From the human T2T-CHM13v2.0 reference genome, Homo sapiens: 64,000 bases of DNA. This document shows positions 38,366 through 55,700 of this stretch, in pieces. Where the stretch lies: the NCBI RefSeq assembly GCF_009914755.1, contig NC_060947.1; one strand, written 5' to 3'. The translations under genes were made by a program, and so were the position numbers. Under the pieces are notes generated by a model that saw only the letters and a list, made by a program, of their open reading frames with translations, did not search any database and was not told where the DNA came from. Position 1 is the stretch's first letter, and every line of letters starts with the position of its first letter.

Positions 38366-41221
38366 AGAAACAATTGGGGGTAGAATGCAGGGTCTAAGAG
38401 TTGGAGGTGGAGTCTGAAATGGGTCTCTGAAATACTGTAGGTAGTGAAGAAGCTATATCAGTTCATCTCCTAGAACATGGACAATTGCCTAAGTTCATCT
38501 AGAGTCTCTTGAATGGGGGGGTAGGGGCACACATACAGACACACAGAACATATGACAACTATGGGAAAAACCATAATGTAACTATTGTCCCTATAAGAAG
38601 AATATATATTCCAAATCCAAATATAAGTTCCAGCACTACACATAGGGAAGACTGCATTATATAGGTATCTATGGAACTCCTGTCTATGAAAGAGGAGTGG
38701 CTTAATAGAACTTAATTTAAAAAAATTAAATATGTGACAGATTAATGATGGAGTTGAACCATGAGACTACATCTGGTGGCATTGAGGAGTTAGTTGTGGG
38801 CAAGGGTGGCTAGAACCGTGCCTGTATGAAGGAATACCTTCATGGTAGGAGCAAGAATGTGTAGCACGGTACCCATATGTGGAAGATGGCTGAGTAAAAG
38901 GTGCCCAGCACTCTCATCCTCCATAAAGGACCAAAACAGCTAGTAGATAATCACGTGTCAAATAGGACATCTAAGAGAGAACACTGTAATTAAGCAGGGA
39001 AGTGACAGGAACTTTCCAAGGCATGGAAGGAGAAAGAAGTGAAGCAGCCAGCCAAGAGAGGATTGGCTCAGAGACAGGAGAGATTCCCCATTGCAAAGAA
39101 AAGGTAAGTGAGAGATCCCCAGTATTTATTTTCCTACTGTAGACATCAGCAATTTTAGCCACAGAAGAGTCCCTCTGCCCTCACAGGCCCTGAGCATAGT
39201 AGAGGGAGCTGCTTGGAGTCCATGTTCCAGAGTGCATTGTTCCAGAAAGGGAAATCACACTGGGTCTTATACATCCCCTGAGACCCAAGCAACTGCAGCA
39301 AAGTGCAATTTTGAGAGCCCAGCCCCCACCAGACTAATCAATGGATTGCCTTGCCTGCTGTCACTTCTGCATCCTCCATGAGCCAAACAGGGGTTTGAAG
39401 ACAGGCCCACCCTGCTTGCCACCACCGTTGCCTGTGCACCTAACACCGTTGCTGCTGCTGGTATGTACATGGGACTCCTAGGAGTCCATGAACAAGCCCA
39501 CCCAGATTACTGTCACGACCACCACCCACATGCACCATTCAGGAAACTGGGGACCAGCTCACGTGGCCCACCACAGCTACCACTGGTGCCTGTATGCATT
39601 GACTTGGGGCCCAAGGACTGGCCTACTCACACTACTATCACAGGTGGCACCACACATGTGGCCCAGAAACCAGAAGACCCACCTGCTTGACCTGCAACTG
39701 CTATTGTCAGTGCCCAAGCATAGAGCTTGATCTGGGGGCCAGCCCACCTGGGCTTCCCACAACCACTACTAGTGCCCGCATGCACTGATTAGGGCCCTGA
39801 CTACTAGCACACCCAGCCCACCACCACCACCACTTATGCTTGAGGACCAGCCCAGTGGTGTTAACATACACAGAAAAGCCTTACTACATCCTCCACTAAC
39901 AACTGCAGCCTAAGCCATTAATGAATCCACAGACACCACTGATATTGATTACAGCTGAAGAATCACATGGATACTACAGTACTGTGTGTACCAAGAATCA
40001 AATTCAAATCACTGTACCAAATCAACACTATAGATATATGTAAAGAAAATATTTTCCCTAAAAAAGCCAATTCATAAAGTTGAATAAAGTGACTCTTACA
40101 CCAGACATGCAGCTATTAATGTAAGGATGCAAGAAACATAAAATTCAATGAAATATGACATCTCCAAAGGAACACAATAATTCTCCAGTATCAGGTCCAA
40201 AGAAAAGGAATCTATAAAATGCCTGAAAGCGAAATCAAAATAAATGATCTTAAACTTAGTCAGATGCAAGAGAACACAAATAATACAAAGAAATCAGGAA
40301 AGCAATTCATGATTTCAATGAGAAATCAACAAAGAGATGGATATCATAAAAAATACCAAACAGAAATCTTGGAACTGAAGAATTTAATGAAACAAATTAA
40401 AAATATAATCAAGTGCTTCAACAATAGACCACATCAGGCAGAAGACTTTCTGAACATGAAAACTTATCTTTTGAAATATCCACATCTGACCAAAAAAGCA
40501 AAGAAGAATAAAAAAGGATGAAGAAAGCCTATGGGACTTTTATGGGACACCATAAGAGAAATAAATATTCAAATTTTTAGAGTTCCAGAAGGAGAAGGGA
40601 TAAGAAAAGGCATAGAAAACCAATTTAATAAAATAATAACTGAAAATATCCCCCAAATCTTACAAGAGATATAGACATCCAGATATGGGAAATTCAAAGA
40701 TCCTAAATAGATTCAACCCAAAAAGTTCTTCAAGACACATTAGAGTCATCAACCCAATAAGATCTTCAAGGCACAGCACAGTCAAACTGTCAAAGGTTAA
40801 AAACAAAGAGAGAATTCGAAAAACAGCAAGAGAAAAGTGTCAAGTCATAGATAAGGGAATCCTCATCAGGCTAACAGAAGATACCTAAGTTGAAACCTCA
40901 CAGGACAGGAGAGAGTGGGTTGATATATTCAAAGTGCTGAAGAAAACTAACAAACAAACAACGACAACAACAAAAAACTCGGCCAAGAAATGAGGAGGAA
41001 ATAAAGTGTTTCCCAGACAAGAAAAAACCAAGGGAATTCATCACCAGCAGACTGAACCTATAAAAAAATGCTTAAAGGAGTCCTACATCTGGAAGCGAAA
41101 AAATGATCTCCACCATCATGAAAACATACAAAAGTATACAACTCAGTGGTACAGCAGATACATAAAGGAGACAGAGAAAGGAATTAAACATTATCACCAC
41201 AAAAAAAAAAAAAACCCACCA

Positions 41222-41530
41222 ACCTGGGTGCAGTGGCTCATGCCTGTATTCCCAGCATTTTGAAAGGCAGAGGCAGGAGGATTGCTTTAGCCCAGGAGTT
41301 TGAGACCAGTCTGGGCAACATAGTGAGACCTAATCTCTACCAAAAATAAATAAATAAATAAAATTAAAAAATTAGCCAAGCATGGTTGTGCATGCCTGTA
41401 GTCTTAGCTACTTGGGAGGCTGAGGTAGGAAGATTACTTGAGCCCGAGAAGATGAGGCTGCAGTGAACAATGATCACATCACTGCACTCCAGCCTGGGTG
41501 ATAAAGTGAGATCCTATCTGAATAAAAAAG
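41222..41530 (+). mobile_element. AluJ-like
   Basis: ggaggattgctttagcccaggagtttgagacc; dimeric. Confidence 0.92.
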
Positions 41531-43722
41531 AAGAACAAAGAAACAAATGACACACAAAATAATCATAAAATAATTCAAAAAATGACTGGAGCATTTGAAT
41601 GCAAATGGCTTAAATTCCCCACCTAAAAGACATAGAGTAATTGAATGGAAAAAAAAACCAACACAAGTCCCAACTACATGCTGTCTACAAGTAACTCACT
41701 TCACCTGTAAAGGCACACACAAACTGAAAGTGAATAAATGACAAAAATACACCACATGAATGAAAACCAAAACTTGCATAAGTAGCTATAGTTATATAAG
41801 ACAAAATAGATACTAAGTCAAAAAAAAAAAAAAGAGAGAGAGACAAGGAAGGTCATTACATAATGAAAAAGGGAATGATTCAACAAGAGGATATAACAAT
41901 TCTAAATATATGTGCACCCAACACCGGAGCACCCAGATATATAAAGCAAATATTAATAGAGCTAAAGAGACAGAGAGACTCCAATACAATAATAGTTGGA
42001 GATTTCAACACCTGAATTTCAGCATTGGAGAGATCATTTAGGCAGAAAATCAACACAGAAACATTGGACTTAATCTGCACCATATACCAAATGAACATCT
42101 ACAAAACATTTCATCCAAAAGATGCAGAATACACATTCTTCTCATAAGCATATGGAACACTCTGGGATAGATCATATGTTAGGACACAAAACAAGTCTCA
42201 ACAAATTTTTAAAATTTGAAATTATATCAAGTGTCTTCTTGGACCATAATGAAATAAAACTAGAAATCAGTAATAAGAGGAACTTTGGAAACTGGAGAAA
42301 TATATGAAAATTAAACATGCTCCAGAATGACCTGGGTCAATTAAGAAATTAAGAAGGAAATCAAGAAACTTTTTAAAAAAACAAATTAAAATAGAAACAA
42401 AACATACCAAAACCTATGGCATACAGAAAAATCAGTGCTAAGAGGGATGTTTATAGCAATAAATGCCTACATCAAAAATAGAATGATTTCAAATAAACAA
42501 CCTAATAAGATATCTCAAGAAACCAAAAAAGCAAGAACAAACCAGTCTAAAAATTAGTAGGATGCAAAAAAATAAGGATCAGAGCAGAACTAAACAAAAT
42601 AGTAACTAAAGAAAAACTATAAAAGATCAGCAAAGTGAAAAGTTGGCTTTTTGGAAAGATAAAATTGATAAAGTGTGAGTGACACAAACCAAGGAAAAGA
42701 GAGAAGACCCAAATAAATAAAATACAAAATAAAAACAAGAAATTACAGTTGATACCACAGACATTCAAAGGATAATTAGACTATTATGAACAACTATATG
42801 CTAAAAATATTGGAAAACCTGAAGGAAATGAATAAATTCCTGGACACATATAAACTACGAAGATTGAACCAGAAAGAGACAGAAAACCTGAACAGGGCAA
42901 TAATGAGTAACACAATGAAATCAGTAATAAGAGACTGCCAATATAGAAAAGTCCAGGACCGAATGACTTCACTGCTAAATTCTACCAAACTTTTAAAGAG
43001 AAAATAACACCAATTCTTCTCAAACTCTTCCGAAAATTTAAAGAGGAGGAAATTCTTCCTAACGCACTCTGTGAGGCCAGCATTACCATAATACCAAACT
43101 ACACAAGGACACAACAAAAAAAGAAAACTATAGGTCAGTGTTCATGATGAACATATATACAAAAATTCTCAACACAATACTAGCAAAACAAAATGATAAC
43201 ATTATGATAAAGTGGGATTTATTCCAAGAATGCAAGGATGACTCAATGTACTCAAATCAATAAACATGATACATCATATCAACAGAACAAAGGACGAAAC
43301 TCAAATGATAGTCTCAATAGATGCAAGTAAAAGCATATGATAAAATCCAACATTGCATCATAATAAAAACTCTCAATAGGCATAGAAGAAACACTTCAGC
43401 ATAATAAAGACCAATATGACAAACCCACAAGTAACATCACACTTATGGGGAAAAGCTTGCAGAATTAAGAACTAGAACAAGACAATGATGAACATGTTCA
43501 CCACTCTTATTCAACATAGTACTGGAAGTCCTAGAAATTAGGCAGGAGGATGAAATAAAAGGCATCCAAGTTGGAAATGCAGAAGTCCCATGGTCCCTGG
43601 TTACAGATGATATGATCTTATATATAGGGAAACCTAGAGATTTCACCAAAACGTTCTTGGAAATGATAAATGAATTCAGTAAAATTGCAGGATACAAAAC
43701 CAATATACAAAAATCAGTAGTG

Positions 43723-43856
43723 TTTTTTATTTATTTTTTTAAGAGACCGAGTCTCACTTATGTTGCCCATGCTGATCTTGAACTCCTGGGCTCAAGTGAT
43801 CCGCCTTGGCCTCCCAAAGTGCTAGAACTATAGGCATAAGCCACCATGCCCAGCCC
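43723..43856 (-). mobile_element. Alu monomer (FLAM-like)
   Basis: Antisense left monomer; degenerate TSD agtag(t/c)(g/a)ttt. Confidence 0.85.
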
Positions 43857-44353
43857 TAGTAGCATTTCTACACACCAATAACAAACTGATTGAAAAAGAA
43901 ATCAAGAAACCAATTTGATTACAATAGGTACAAAAAAAGTACCTAGGAAGAAAACTAATCAAGGAAGTCAAAGAGCTCTACAATGAAAACTACAAAACAT
44001 GAGACAAATTAAAGAGGACACAAACAAATGGAAGGACATTCCATGCTCATGAATCACAATAATTAATATAGTTAAAATGACCACACTGCCCAAAGAAATC
44101 TACACACTCAGTGCAATCTTTATCAAAATACCAATGACATTCCTCACAGAAATAAAAAAAATCATAAAATTGATATGGAACCACAAAATAACCTAAATAG
44201 CCAAAACAATCTGAAATGAAAAGAACAAATCTGGAGGCATCACACTACCTGAATTCAAAACATACTACAAAGCTATAGTTACCAAAACAGCATGGTATTG
44301 GTATAAAAACAGACACATAGAGCAGTGGAACAGAATAGAGAAACCAGAAATGA

Positions 44354-44433
44354 TGCTGGGTGTAGTGGCTCATGCCTATAATCTCAGCACTTTGGGAGGC
44401 TGAGCCAGGTGGATCACCTAAGGTCAGGAATTT
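44354..44433 (+). mobile_element. Tailless Alu 5' fragment (~80 bp)
   Basis: Alu 5' end flanked by gagaaaccagaaatga at 44338-44353 and 44434-44449. Confidence 0.9.
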
Positions 44434-45381
44434 GAGAAACCAGAAATGAATTTATGTATTTACAGATAACTGACTTTTGATGAAAGTGTCAAGAACACAC
44501 ATTGGGGAAAGGGCATACTCCTCAATAAATGGAAGAATGAAACTAGGCTTCTTTCTTGCACCATGTACAAATATCAACTCAACTTGAATTAAAACTTAAG
44601 TGCAATACTCAAAACTATAAAACTACTAGGAGAAAACATGTGGGAAACACTTAAAGACATTGGTTAGGTAAAAATTTTATGGCTAAGACTTAAAAAGCAC
44701 AGTCTACTAAAATAAAAATAGACAAATGGGGTTATATTAAATGAAAAAAAAAGCTTCTGCACAGGAAAGGGAAAAAAATAAACACAGTGAGGAGACAAGT
44801 TATGCAATGGGAGAAAGTATTTACAAATGATTCCTCTGATAAGGGACTAATAGTCAAGATATAGAAGGAACTCTAAAAACTAAACAACAAACAAACAAAT
44901 AATCCACTTAAAAAGTGGGCAAAGAAACTGGACAGCCATTTCTCAAAAGACCAGAAATGGCTAATAAATATGTGAAAAATGCTCCACATCAGGAAAATGC
45001 AAATCACAACCATAATGAGATATCATCTCACCCCAGTTAGAAGGGCTATATCAAAATGACAAAAAATAAATGCTGGCAAGAATGCAGAGAAAAGGGACTT
45101 ATTATACACTGTTGGTGGGAACGTAAATTAGTACAACCATTATGGAAAACGGTGTAGGATTTTCTCAAAAAAAAAAAATAGAACTACCACATGATCAAGT
45201 AATCCCACTACTGGGTGTTTATCAAACAAAAAAAAAGGAAATTAGTATATTACAGGGATATCTGCACCACCATGTTTATTGCAGCTATATTCATAATAGC
45301 CAAGCTATGGAATCATATTAAGTGTCCATCAACAGATAAATGAATACATAAAATATTGTATATATACACAATGGAATATTA

Positions 45382-45660
45382 TTGATACAGTTTGGATGTT
45401 TGTCTGCTCCAAATCTCATATTGAAATGTGATCCTCAAAGTGGAGGTGGGGCCTAGTGAAAGGTGTTTGGGTCCTGGAAGTGGATCCCTCATTAATGTCT
45501 TGGTGCCATCCGTATGGTACTGAGTGAGTTCTCACTCTATTATTTCATGCAAGAGCTAGTTGTTTAAAAGAACATGGCACCCCTCCATCTCTATCTTGCT
45601 CCTTCTCTCGCTGTGTAACATGCCGGCTCCCCTTCCCTTCCTGAGGCCTCACAACAAGCC
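45382..45660 (+). mobile_element. MST LTR, 3'-truncated
   Basis: tgatacagtttggatgtttgtc...ccaaatctcat...gaggcctcac. Confidence 0.85.
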
Positions 45661-46026
45661 TTAGGAATACCTAAGCCTGGCCAATTTAAAATGTAAAAAG
45701 AGATTTATTTGACTCATGATTCTGCAGGCTGTACAAGCATGGCACCAGCATCTGCTCAACGTCTGGAGAAGCCTCAGGAAGCTTTTACTCATGGTGGAAG
45801 GTGAAGAGGAGCTAGTATACCACATGGTGAGAGAGGAAGCAAGAGAGATGTCAGGTTATTTTAATCAATCAGATCTCATGATTACTAATATAGTGAGAAC
45901 TCACTACCACAGGGAAGGCACCAAGCCTCCCTATGACCCAAACTCCTCCCACTGGGCCCCACCTCCACCATTGGAGATCACATTTTAACATGAGAATTGG
46001 AAGAAACAAACATGCAAACTACATCA
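45661..46026 (-). mobile_element. MST LTR, 3'-truncated, antisense
   Basis: ctgcaggctgtacaagcatggcaccagcatctgctc ... caaactacatca. Confidence 0.85.
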
Positions 46027-46029
46027 GTG

Positions 46030-47910
46030 GTCGTGAATTTCTTTTTGATTGGGATCTGTTTTTGAAGAATCATTGTGTTCCTCTGGAGATGCCATATTTC
46101 CTTGCATTTTGTGTTTCATGTGTCCTTATGTTGATATCTGCACATATGGTGTAACAGTCACTTTTTCCCATTTTATGAATTTGCTTTCATAGGGAGAACA
46201 TTTTCTTAAATATGTATTTGTGATGTCAGTTAGGTAGGGCACATTGGCTTTGATTCTGAGTGCATGCAGTAGTGTAGTCTCTGTATGATTTCTTCAGCTG
46301 TCAACAGCATTAATGGTATCTGTGATTTTTTTTTTGGTGGCTTAGGGTGAAGTTATTAGTGGAGGCTCTGGGACTGGGATGCCATGTAGGTCAGTCTTCA
46401 GGCCATAGTGGTGGTAGCAGTGAGCTGAGCATGCCTGTCTTTGGGCCCCAGGGCAGTGTACCCTGGCAGTGGTGTCAGTGGGTCCAGGCAGGGCCATTCT
46501 TGGGCTTCCAGGTGGCTTACTTGGATCGAGATAGTGCCAGTTGTAGGCAGGGTGAGTTGGTGGGTTCTTGAGTCCCTGGGCAGCTGGTATGGTATAGGTG
46601 ATGGCAGTGACAGTGGCAAGACAACCCTCTATGAGCTAGTTTGTGCATGTTGGTGTTGGTTGTGTTTGTGATTGGCTGGATGGGCAAGTCTTCAGACCCA
46701 CAGGTGGCATAAGCAGGTATGTGTCAGCTTAGTTGTAGTAGCTCAGTGGATAGGCCCAACTGGGAAGTGTTCAGGTGCTGATGATGGTGGATGGGGCTGG
46801 GTAATCCCCTGGCCCTGGACTGTGTGCTCTGGGTTGTGAGGGCTTGTCCTCTTTGCTAAGTACAGGTGCCAGCCATAGTAGATAGGGGCTGGGCTATACC
46901 TAGGCCACCAGCAGAATGCTGAGGGGGTAGCAGTGGCCAGGCTGGGGTAGGGCCACCAGCAGGTAGGGAATGTGCATGACTGTCATGCCTCAGCACCTGC
47001 TATGGCATCTGTACCACTCATGCCTCAGCTCCAGTAGCAGCAACCTGCTCTTCTCTTGCATCTCATCCCCAACACTATTGGACCTCAGTATGGTGTGCAG
47101 TCTGTTGGGGACAGGAATCTAAAAATGGCACTTTTCTGTAGCTGTTTAGGTCTCAGGAAGTGTGTGGGATCCAGCGGGTGCTCCCTCCATAGAGCAGTGC
47201 CATTACACAATCTCCTGGCAACTCCTTATGTTAGTTTCAGGGCCTGCAAGAATCTAGTGGCTCTTTCGTGGCTAGGATTACAGAAGTTCATGGTGGAAAT
47301 CCATTTACGTTCAAAATTGTTATTGATAGGTGAGGACTGGGGATTTTCTCTTGGCTCCCAGCTTATCCCAGCCAAGCAGGCTGCCTTGCTTCCTTCTCCT
47401 TCCTTATTTTAGATATTTCCTGTTACTTTTTTTTATTGAATTACAGTGTTCTCCTTTTGATGATCTATTTGAAGTGTGATTATCTAGTGTTATGGTTTGG
47501 CTTTGTCCCCAGCAAAATCTCACCTTGAATTGTAATAATCCCCACGTGTGAAGGACAGGGCCAGGTGGAGATAATATAATCATGGGTGGGGGCGCAGTTT
47601 CCCCCATACTGTTCTCCTGGTAGTGAATAAGTCTCATGAGTTCTGATAGTTTTATAAATGGGAGTATCCCTGCACATGCTCTCTTGCCTACCACCATGTA
47701 AGACATGGCTTTGCTTCTTATTCGCCTACAGCCATGATCGTGAGGCCTCCCTAGCCATGTGGAACTGTGAGTCTATTAAACTTCTTTCCTTTATAAATTA
47801 CCCAGTCTCAAGTATGTCTGTATTAGCAGTGTGAGAACACACTAATATTGTTTTGATACTTCTTAGTGGAGCAGGTGAGTACAAAATGCCTCTAGTCAGC
47901 TATCTTGAAG
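46030..47910 (-). mobile_element. 5' region (5'UTR) of an old L1MA-like element, antisense
   Basis: G-rich antisense 5'UTR ending gcctctagtcagctatcttg, the reverse complement of the L1 start. Confidence 0.75.
47488..47848 (+). mobile_element. THE1 solo LTR
   Basis: tgttatggtttggctttgtcccc ... gtgagaacacactaata. Confidence 0.92.
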
Positions 47911-49751
47911 TCCCTCTTATCTCAAAAATTACTTTAAAAATAAATGAATTATCCAATCAAAAGACACAGGTTGGCTGAACAAATACAAAACACGAGATCC
48001 GGCAATATGCTGCCCACGAGAGACTCACTTTAGCCTTTAGGATACACATAGTCCAAAAGTTAAAGTATGGAAAAAGATATTTCATATAAATGGTAACCAA
48101 AAGAAAGCAGGGATGATTATCTTATAAGAGATAAAATAGACATTCAGTCAAAATCTGTCATAAGAGAGAAAAAGGTCAGCATATAAAGTGGCCAATGAAT
48201 TAAAAGAATATAATGATTGTAAATATACATGCACCCAATATTGGAGCTCCTAAATATACAGGCAAATATTGACAGAACTAAAGGGAGAAGTAGATAGCAG
48301 TAAAATAGTAGTAGGGTACTTTAATACCCATTATCAACAATGGATAGACTATCGGTACAGAAAAGCCAATAAGGAAACAGTGTATTTGAATGATGATACA
48401 GACCAAATGGACTGAGCAGACATAAATAGACATTCCATCAAACAACAGAGGAATATACATTCTTCTGAAGTGCACATGGTCAGTTCTTCAGGATAGACCA
48501 TATGGTCATCCATAAAACAAGTCTTAACAAATTTGAGAAGATTTAAATCCTCTCAAATACCTTTTCTGACCACAGCTATAAAACCAGAGATCAGTAACAG
48601 AAGTAATTTTGGAAATTCACAAATACATGGAAATTAAACAAAATACTCTGGAACAACCAATGGGCCAAAGAAGAAATCAAAAAGGATTTTTGAACAAAGA
48701 AAATTTATTGCAACATAGTAACATGTATGGGACATATCAAAAGCAGTTCTAAGAGGGAATGCCTAAATTAAGAAGAATATTTCAAATAAAAAAAAACCTA
48801 ACCATATACCTCAAGGAACTATAAAAAGAAGAACAAACTGAGACCAAACTCAAGAGAAGGAAGGAAATAAAGATTAGAGCAAAGATAAATGAAAAAGAGA
48901 CTAGAAACCCAACAGAAAAGATAAACAAGACTGAGCTGGGTTTTTTGAAAAGATAAACAAACTTGACAAAACTTTTAGCTAGACTTGAGGAAAAAAGAGG
49001 GAGGACTCAAATCAAGTTATAAATGAAAGAGAAGACATATATAACTAATACCACAGCAATACAAAGGATCACAAGGTAATACTGTAAAAAAATATATGCT
49101 AACAAATTGGTAAACCTAGAAGAAATGAATAAATTCCTAGAAACATACAATCAACCAAGACTGAATCATGAAGAAAACAAAGATTTAAGAGACCAATAAT
49201 GAGTAAAGATATTTGACCAATAATTGAAAATCTTCCAACAAAGAAAAGCCCAGTATCAGATGGCTTTAAAGGTGACTTCTACCAAGCATCTAAAGAAGAA
49301 TTAATGGCCAATCTTTTTCAAACTCATCGAAAAAATTGAAGAGGGGGAAACACTTCCACTCATTTTACAAGGCCAACATTACTCCATACCAAAGGCAGAT
49401 AGGAGATTATAGGAAAATTATAGGATAATATCCCTGATCAATATATGTGTAAAAGTTCTCAGCAAAATACCAGCAAAGTGAATTCAACAGCACATTTAAA
49501 GGATTACACATCATGACCAAGCAGGATTTATGCCTGGGATGCAAGCGTGTTTCAACTTATGCAAATCAGTAAATGGGATACACTACATTAACAGAATGAA
49601 GGATAAAAATTATATAATCATGAGTAGATGCAGGAAAAGCATCTGACGAGATTCAACATCTTTTCATAATAAAAATTCCCAACAAATTAGGTATAAATGG
49701 AAATTTACTCAACATAATAAAGACCATCTATGACAAGCTCACAGCTAACAT

Positions 49752-52580
<2,829 letters not shown>

Positions 52581-55500
52581 GCTGAAAGCTCTTTCTCTAA
52601 GATCAGGAAGAAGAAAAGGGTCCCCACTTTTCTCACTTCTATTCAACATAGTACTGGAAGTCCTAACCAGAGAAATTAGGCAGGAAAAGGAAATATAAGG
52701 GATCTAAATCATGAAGGAAACAGTAAAATAATCTCTATTTATACCTTTAAATATTTCACCAAAAAATCTGCTAGAACTAATAAATTCAGTAAAGTTTCAG
52801 GATACAATGTAAACATACAAAAATTAGTAGCATTTTAAAAAATAAACATCTGAAAAGGAAATTTAAAAAACAATATCATTTACAAAAGCATCAAAAAGAA
52901 TAAAATACTTAGCGAATAATTTAATCAAGGAGGTGAAATATCTATACACTGAAAAGTGTGACATTGATGAAAGAAATTGAAGAATACACAGTTAATAAAA
53001 AGATATCCCATGTTCCTGGATTGAAGAAATTAATATTGTTAAAATGTCCATAGCAACCAAAGCGATCTACAAATTCAATGCAATCCCTATCAAAACTCCA
53101 ATGGCATTTTCACAACAGTATAAAAATATCCTAAAATTTGTATGAAGTCATTGAACCACAAAATACCTCAAATAGCCAAAGCAATCTTGAGAAAGAAGAA
53201 CAAAGCTGGGCATATTACATGCCCTAATTTCAAACTGTGTTACAGAGCTATAGTAATCAAAACAGTATAGTACTGGCATAAAAACATATATAGAGACTAA
53301 TGAAACAGGATTTAGATCCCAGAAATAAACTCGCAGGTATATGGTCAACTAATCTCTGGCAAGAGCACCAAGAATACACAATGGGGAAAGGATATTCTTT
53401 TCAAAATGTGATTTTAGAGAAATTACATATCTATATGCAAAAGAATGAAATTGGATCCTTGTCCTACACCATAAACAAAAATTAACTCAAAATTGATTAA
53501 AGACTTAAATGTAATATTTGAAGCCATAAAACTCCTAGAAAAAAAATGTAGGGAAAAAACTTCTTTACATTGGTGTTGACAATTATTTTTGGATATGATA
53601 CCAAAGCACAGGCAATGAAAGAAAAAATAAATAAATTAGACTACATTAAATGAAAAGCTTCTGCACAGAAAAGGAAACAATCAACAAAATGGAAAGGCAA
53701 CCTATGAATTGGGAGAAAATATTTATAATCTATATATTAGATAAGGGGTTAATCTCCAAAATACATAAGAAACTCATACAACTCAATAGCAAAACAATTC
53801 CCAAATAACCATATTTTAAAATGGGCAAAAATTCCAGATAGCTATTTTTTTCAAAGAAGACATACAAATGCCCAACGGGTACAGGAAAAGGTTCTCAAAA
53901 TCACTGCTCACCAGGGAAGTACAAATGCAAACTGCAATTGGAGATCACCTCACACTTGTTAGAACTGGCTATTAAAAAAAATACAAGAGACAAGAAGTAT
54001 TAACATGGATGTGGAGAATAGGGAACCCTTGTACATTGTCAGTGGGAATGTAAGTTGATACAGTCATTGTGGAAAACAGTAAGGAGCTTCCTCAAAAAAT
54101 TAAAAATAAAACCATATAATCTAGCAATCCCAGTTCTAAGTATATATCCCAAGGGAATAAAATCACTATCACAAAGATATATATGCACTTGTGTTCACTG
54201 CAGCATTATTCACAGTTACCAAGATATGGAAACAACCAAACCGTCCACCAACAGATGAATGAATAAAGGAATTGTAGTATATATGTATATATAAGGGAAT
54301 ATTATCCAGCCTTAAAAAAAAGAAAATCCTGCCATTTATGACATTATGAATGAACCTGGAGAACCTTTTCCTAAATGAAATAAGCCAGACACAGAGAGAT
54401 AAACACTGCATGGTCTAACTTGTATGTGGAATCTAAAAAGTCAGACCAATAGAATCTGAGGTAGAAGGGTGGTTAGTACAGGTAAGGATGTGTGGGAAAT
54501 AGGGAGATGTTGGCCAAAGGGCACAAAATTGCAATTATAAAGTGGCTAAGTTCTGGAGACCTAATGTACAGCATGGTGACTATATTTAATAATAAGGTAT
54601 TGTATATTTGAAATTTGCTAAAACAGTAGATCTCAAGTTTCCTCACCCTCCCCCGACCCCCAACACACACAAAATGGTAACTGCTTAAGGTGATGGATGT
54701 TAGCTTGATTCTGTTAATCATTTCACAATGTATACTTATATCAAAACATCACATTATACACCTCATATATACACAATTTTTATTTTTCAATAATACTTCA
54801 ATAAAACTGGAAAAAAATTAGTAAGAATTAACAGCTCAGAAACACTGAGTCTTCTCATTCATGAACACCACGGCTCTCCACCATTTATTTACATCTTTAA
54901 TATCTCTCTACAATCTTTTATAGGTTTCAGTGTATAGGTCTTGCACATCTTTTGTCAGATTCAACTGAAATTATTTTATATTTTTGATGCTATTATACAT
55001 TTTTAACATTCGATTTTCAGTTTACCATTATCTAGAATTGTACTTCATTTTTATATTGATCTTATATCCTATAGCCTTGCTAAACTCACTTATTATTCAT
55101 AGCAGTGTTTGCACAGATTCTATCAGTTTCTTTTATTGCTTCTGATCTTATAGGAAAAGCATTCAGTCTTTCATCATTACAAATGATCTTAGCTGTGCGT
55201 TTTTCACAGACGATCTTTTTCAGTTTGGAGAAGTTTCGTTTTATCACTAGTTTGCTGAGAGTTTTTAATATGATGGATAATGGATTTTGTCAAATGCTTT
55301 TTCTGAATCTATTGAGATGATTATATGGTTTTCCTTTTGTAGTTTGTTAGTATTGTGAATTACATTGATTTTCTTATTGTCAAACTGTGTTTGCATTTCC
55401 AGGATAAACTCCACATAGACATGATATATTATCCATTTTATATATAATTGTATTTGTTTTCTCAAAAGTTTGGTTAGAACATTTGCACCAATATCCATGA

Positions 55501-55700
55501 AAGATACTGGTTTGTAGTTTTGTTTTGTCTTTGTACTGTCTTTGCTTTGTTTTGGTATAAGAGTATGCTGATCTCATAGACATAGTTGAGAAGTATTCGC
55601 TCCTCAATTTTCCGGAGTAATTTGTATATACTTGGCATTATTTCTTTGTAAAATGTTTTTCAAATTTCACCAGTTAAGTCACCTGGGCTTAGAGTTTTCT

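Larger units (their letters stand above)
38875..45382 (+). mobile_element. Near full-length old L1 (L1MA-like): 5'UTR, ORF1, ORF2; 3'UTR absent
   Basis: aagatggctgagta start, C-rich 5'UTR, ORF1 remnants 40219-41100, EN motifs (tatgtgcacccaacaccggagcacccagat), RT; three Alu inserts. Confidence 0.9.
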
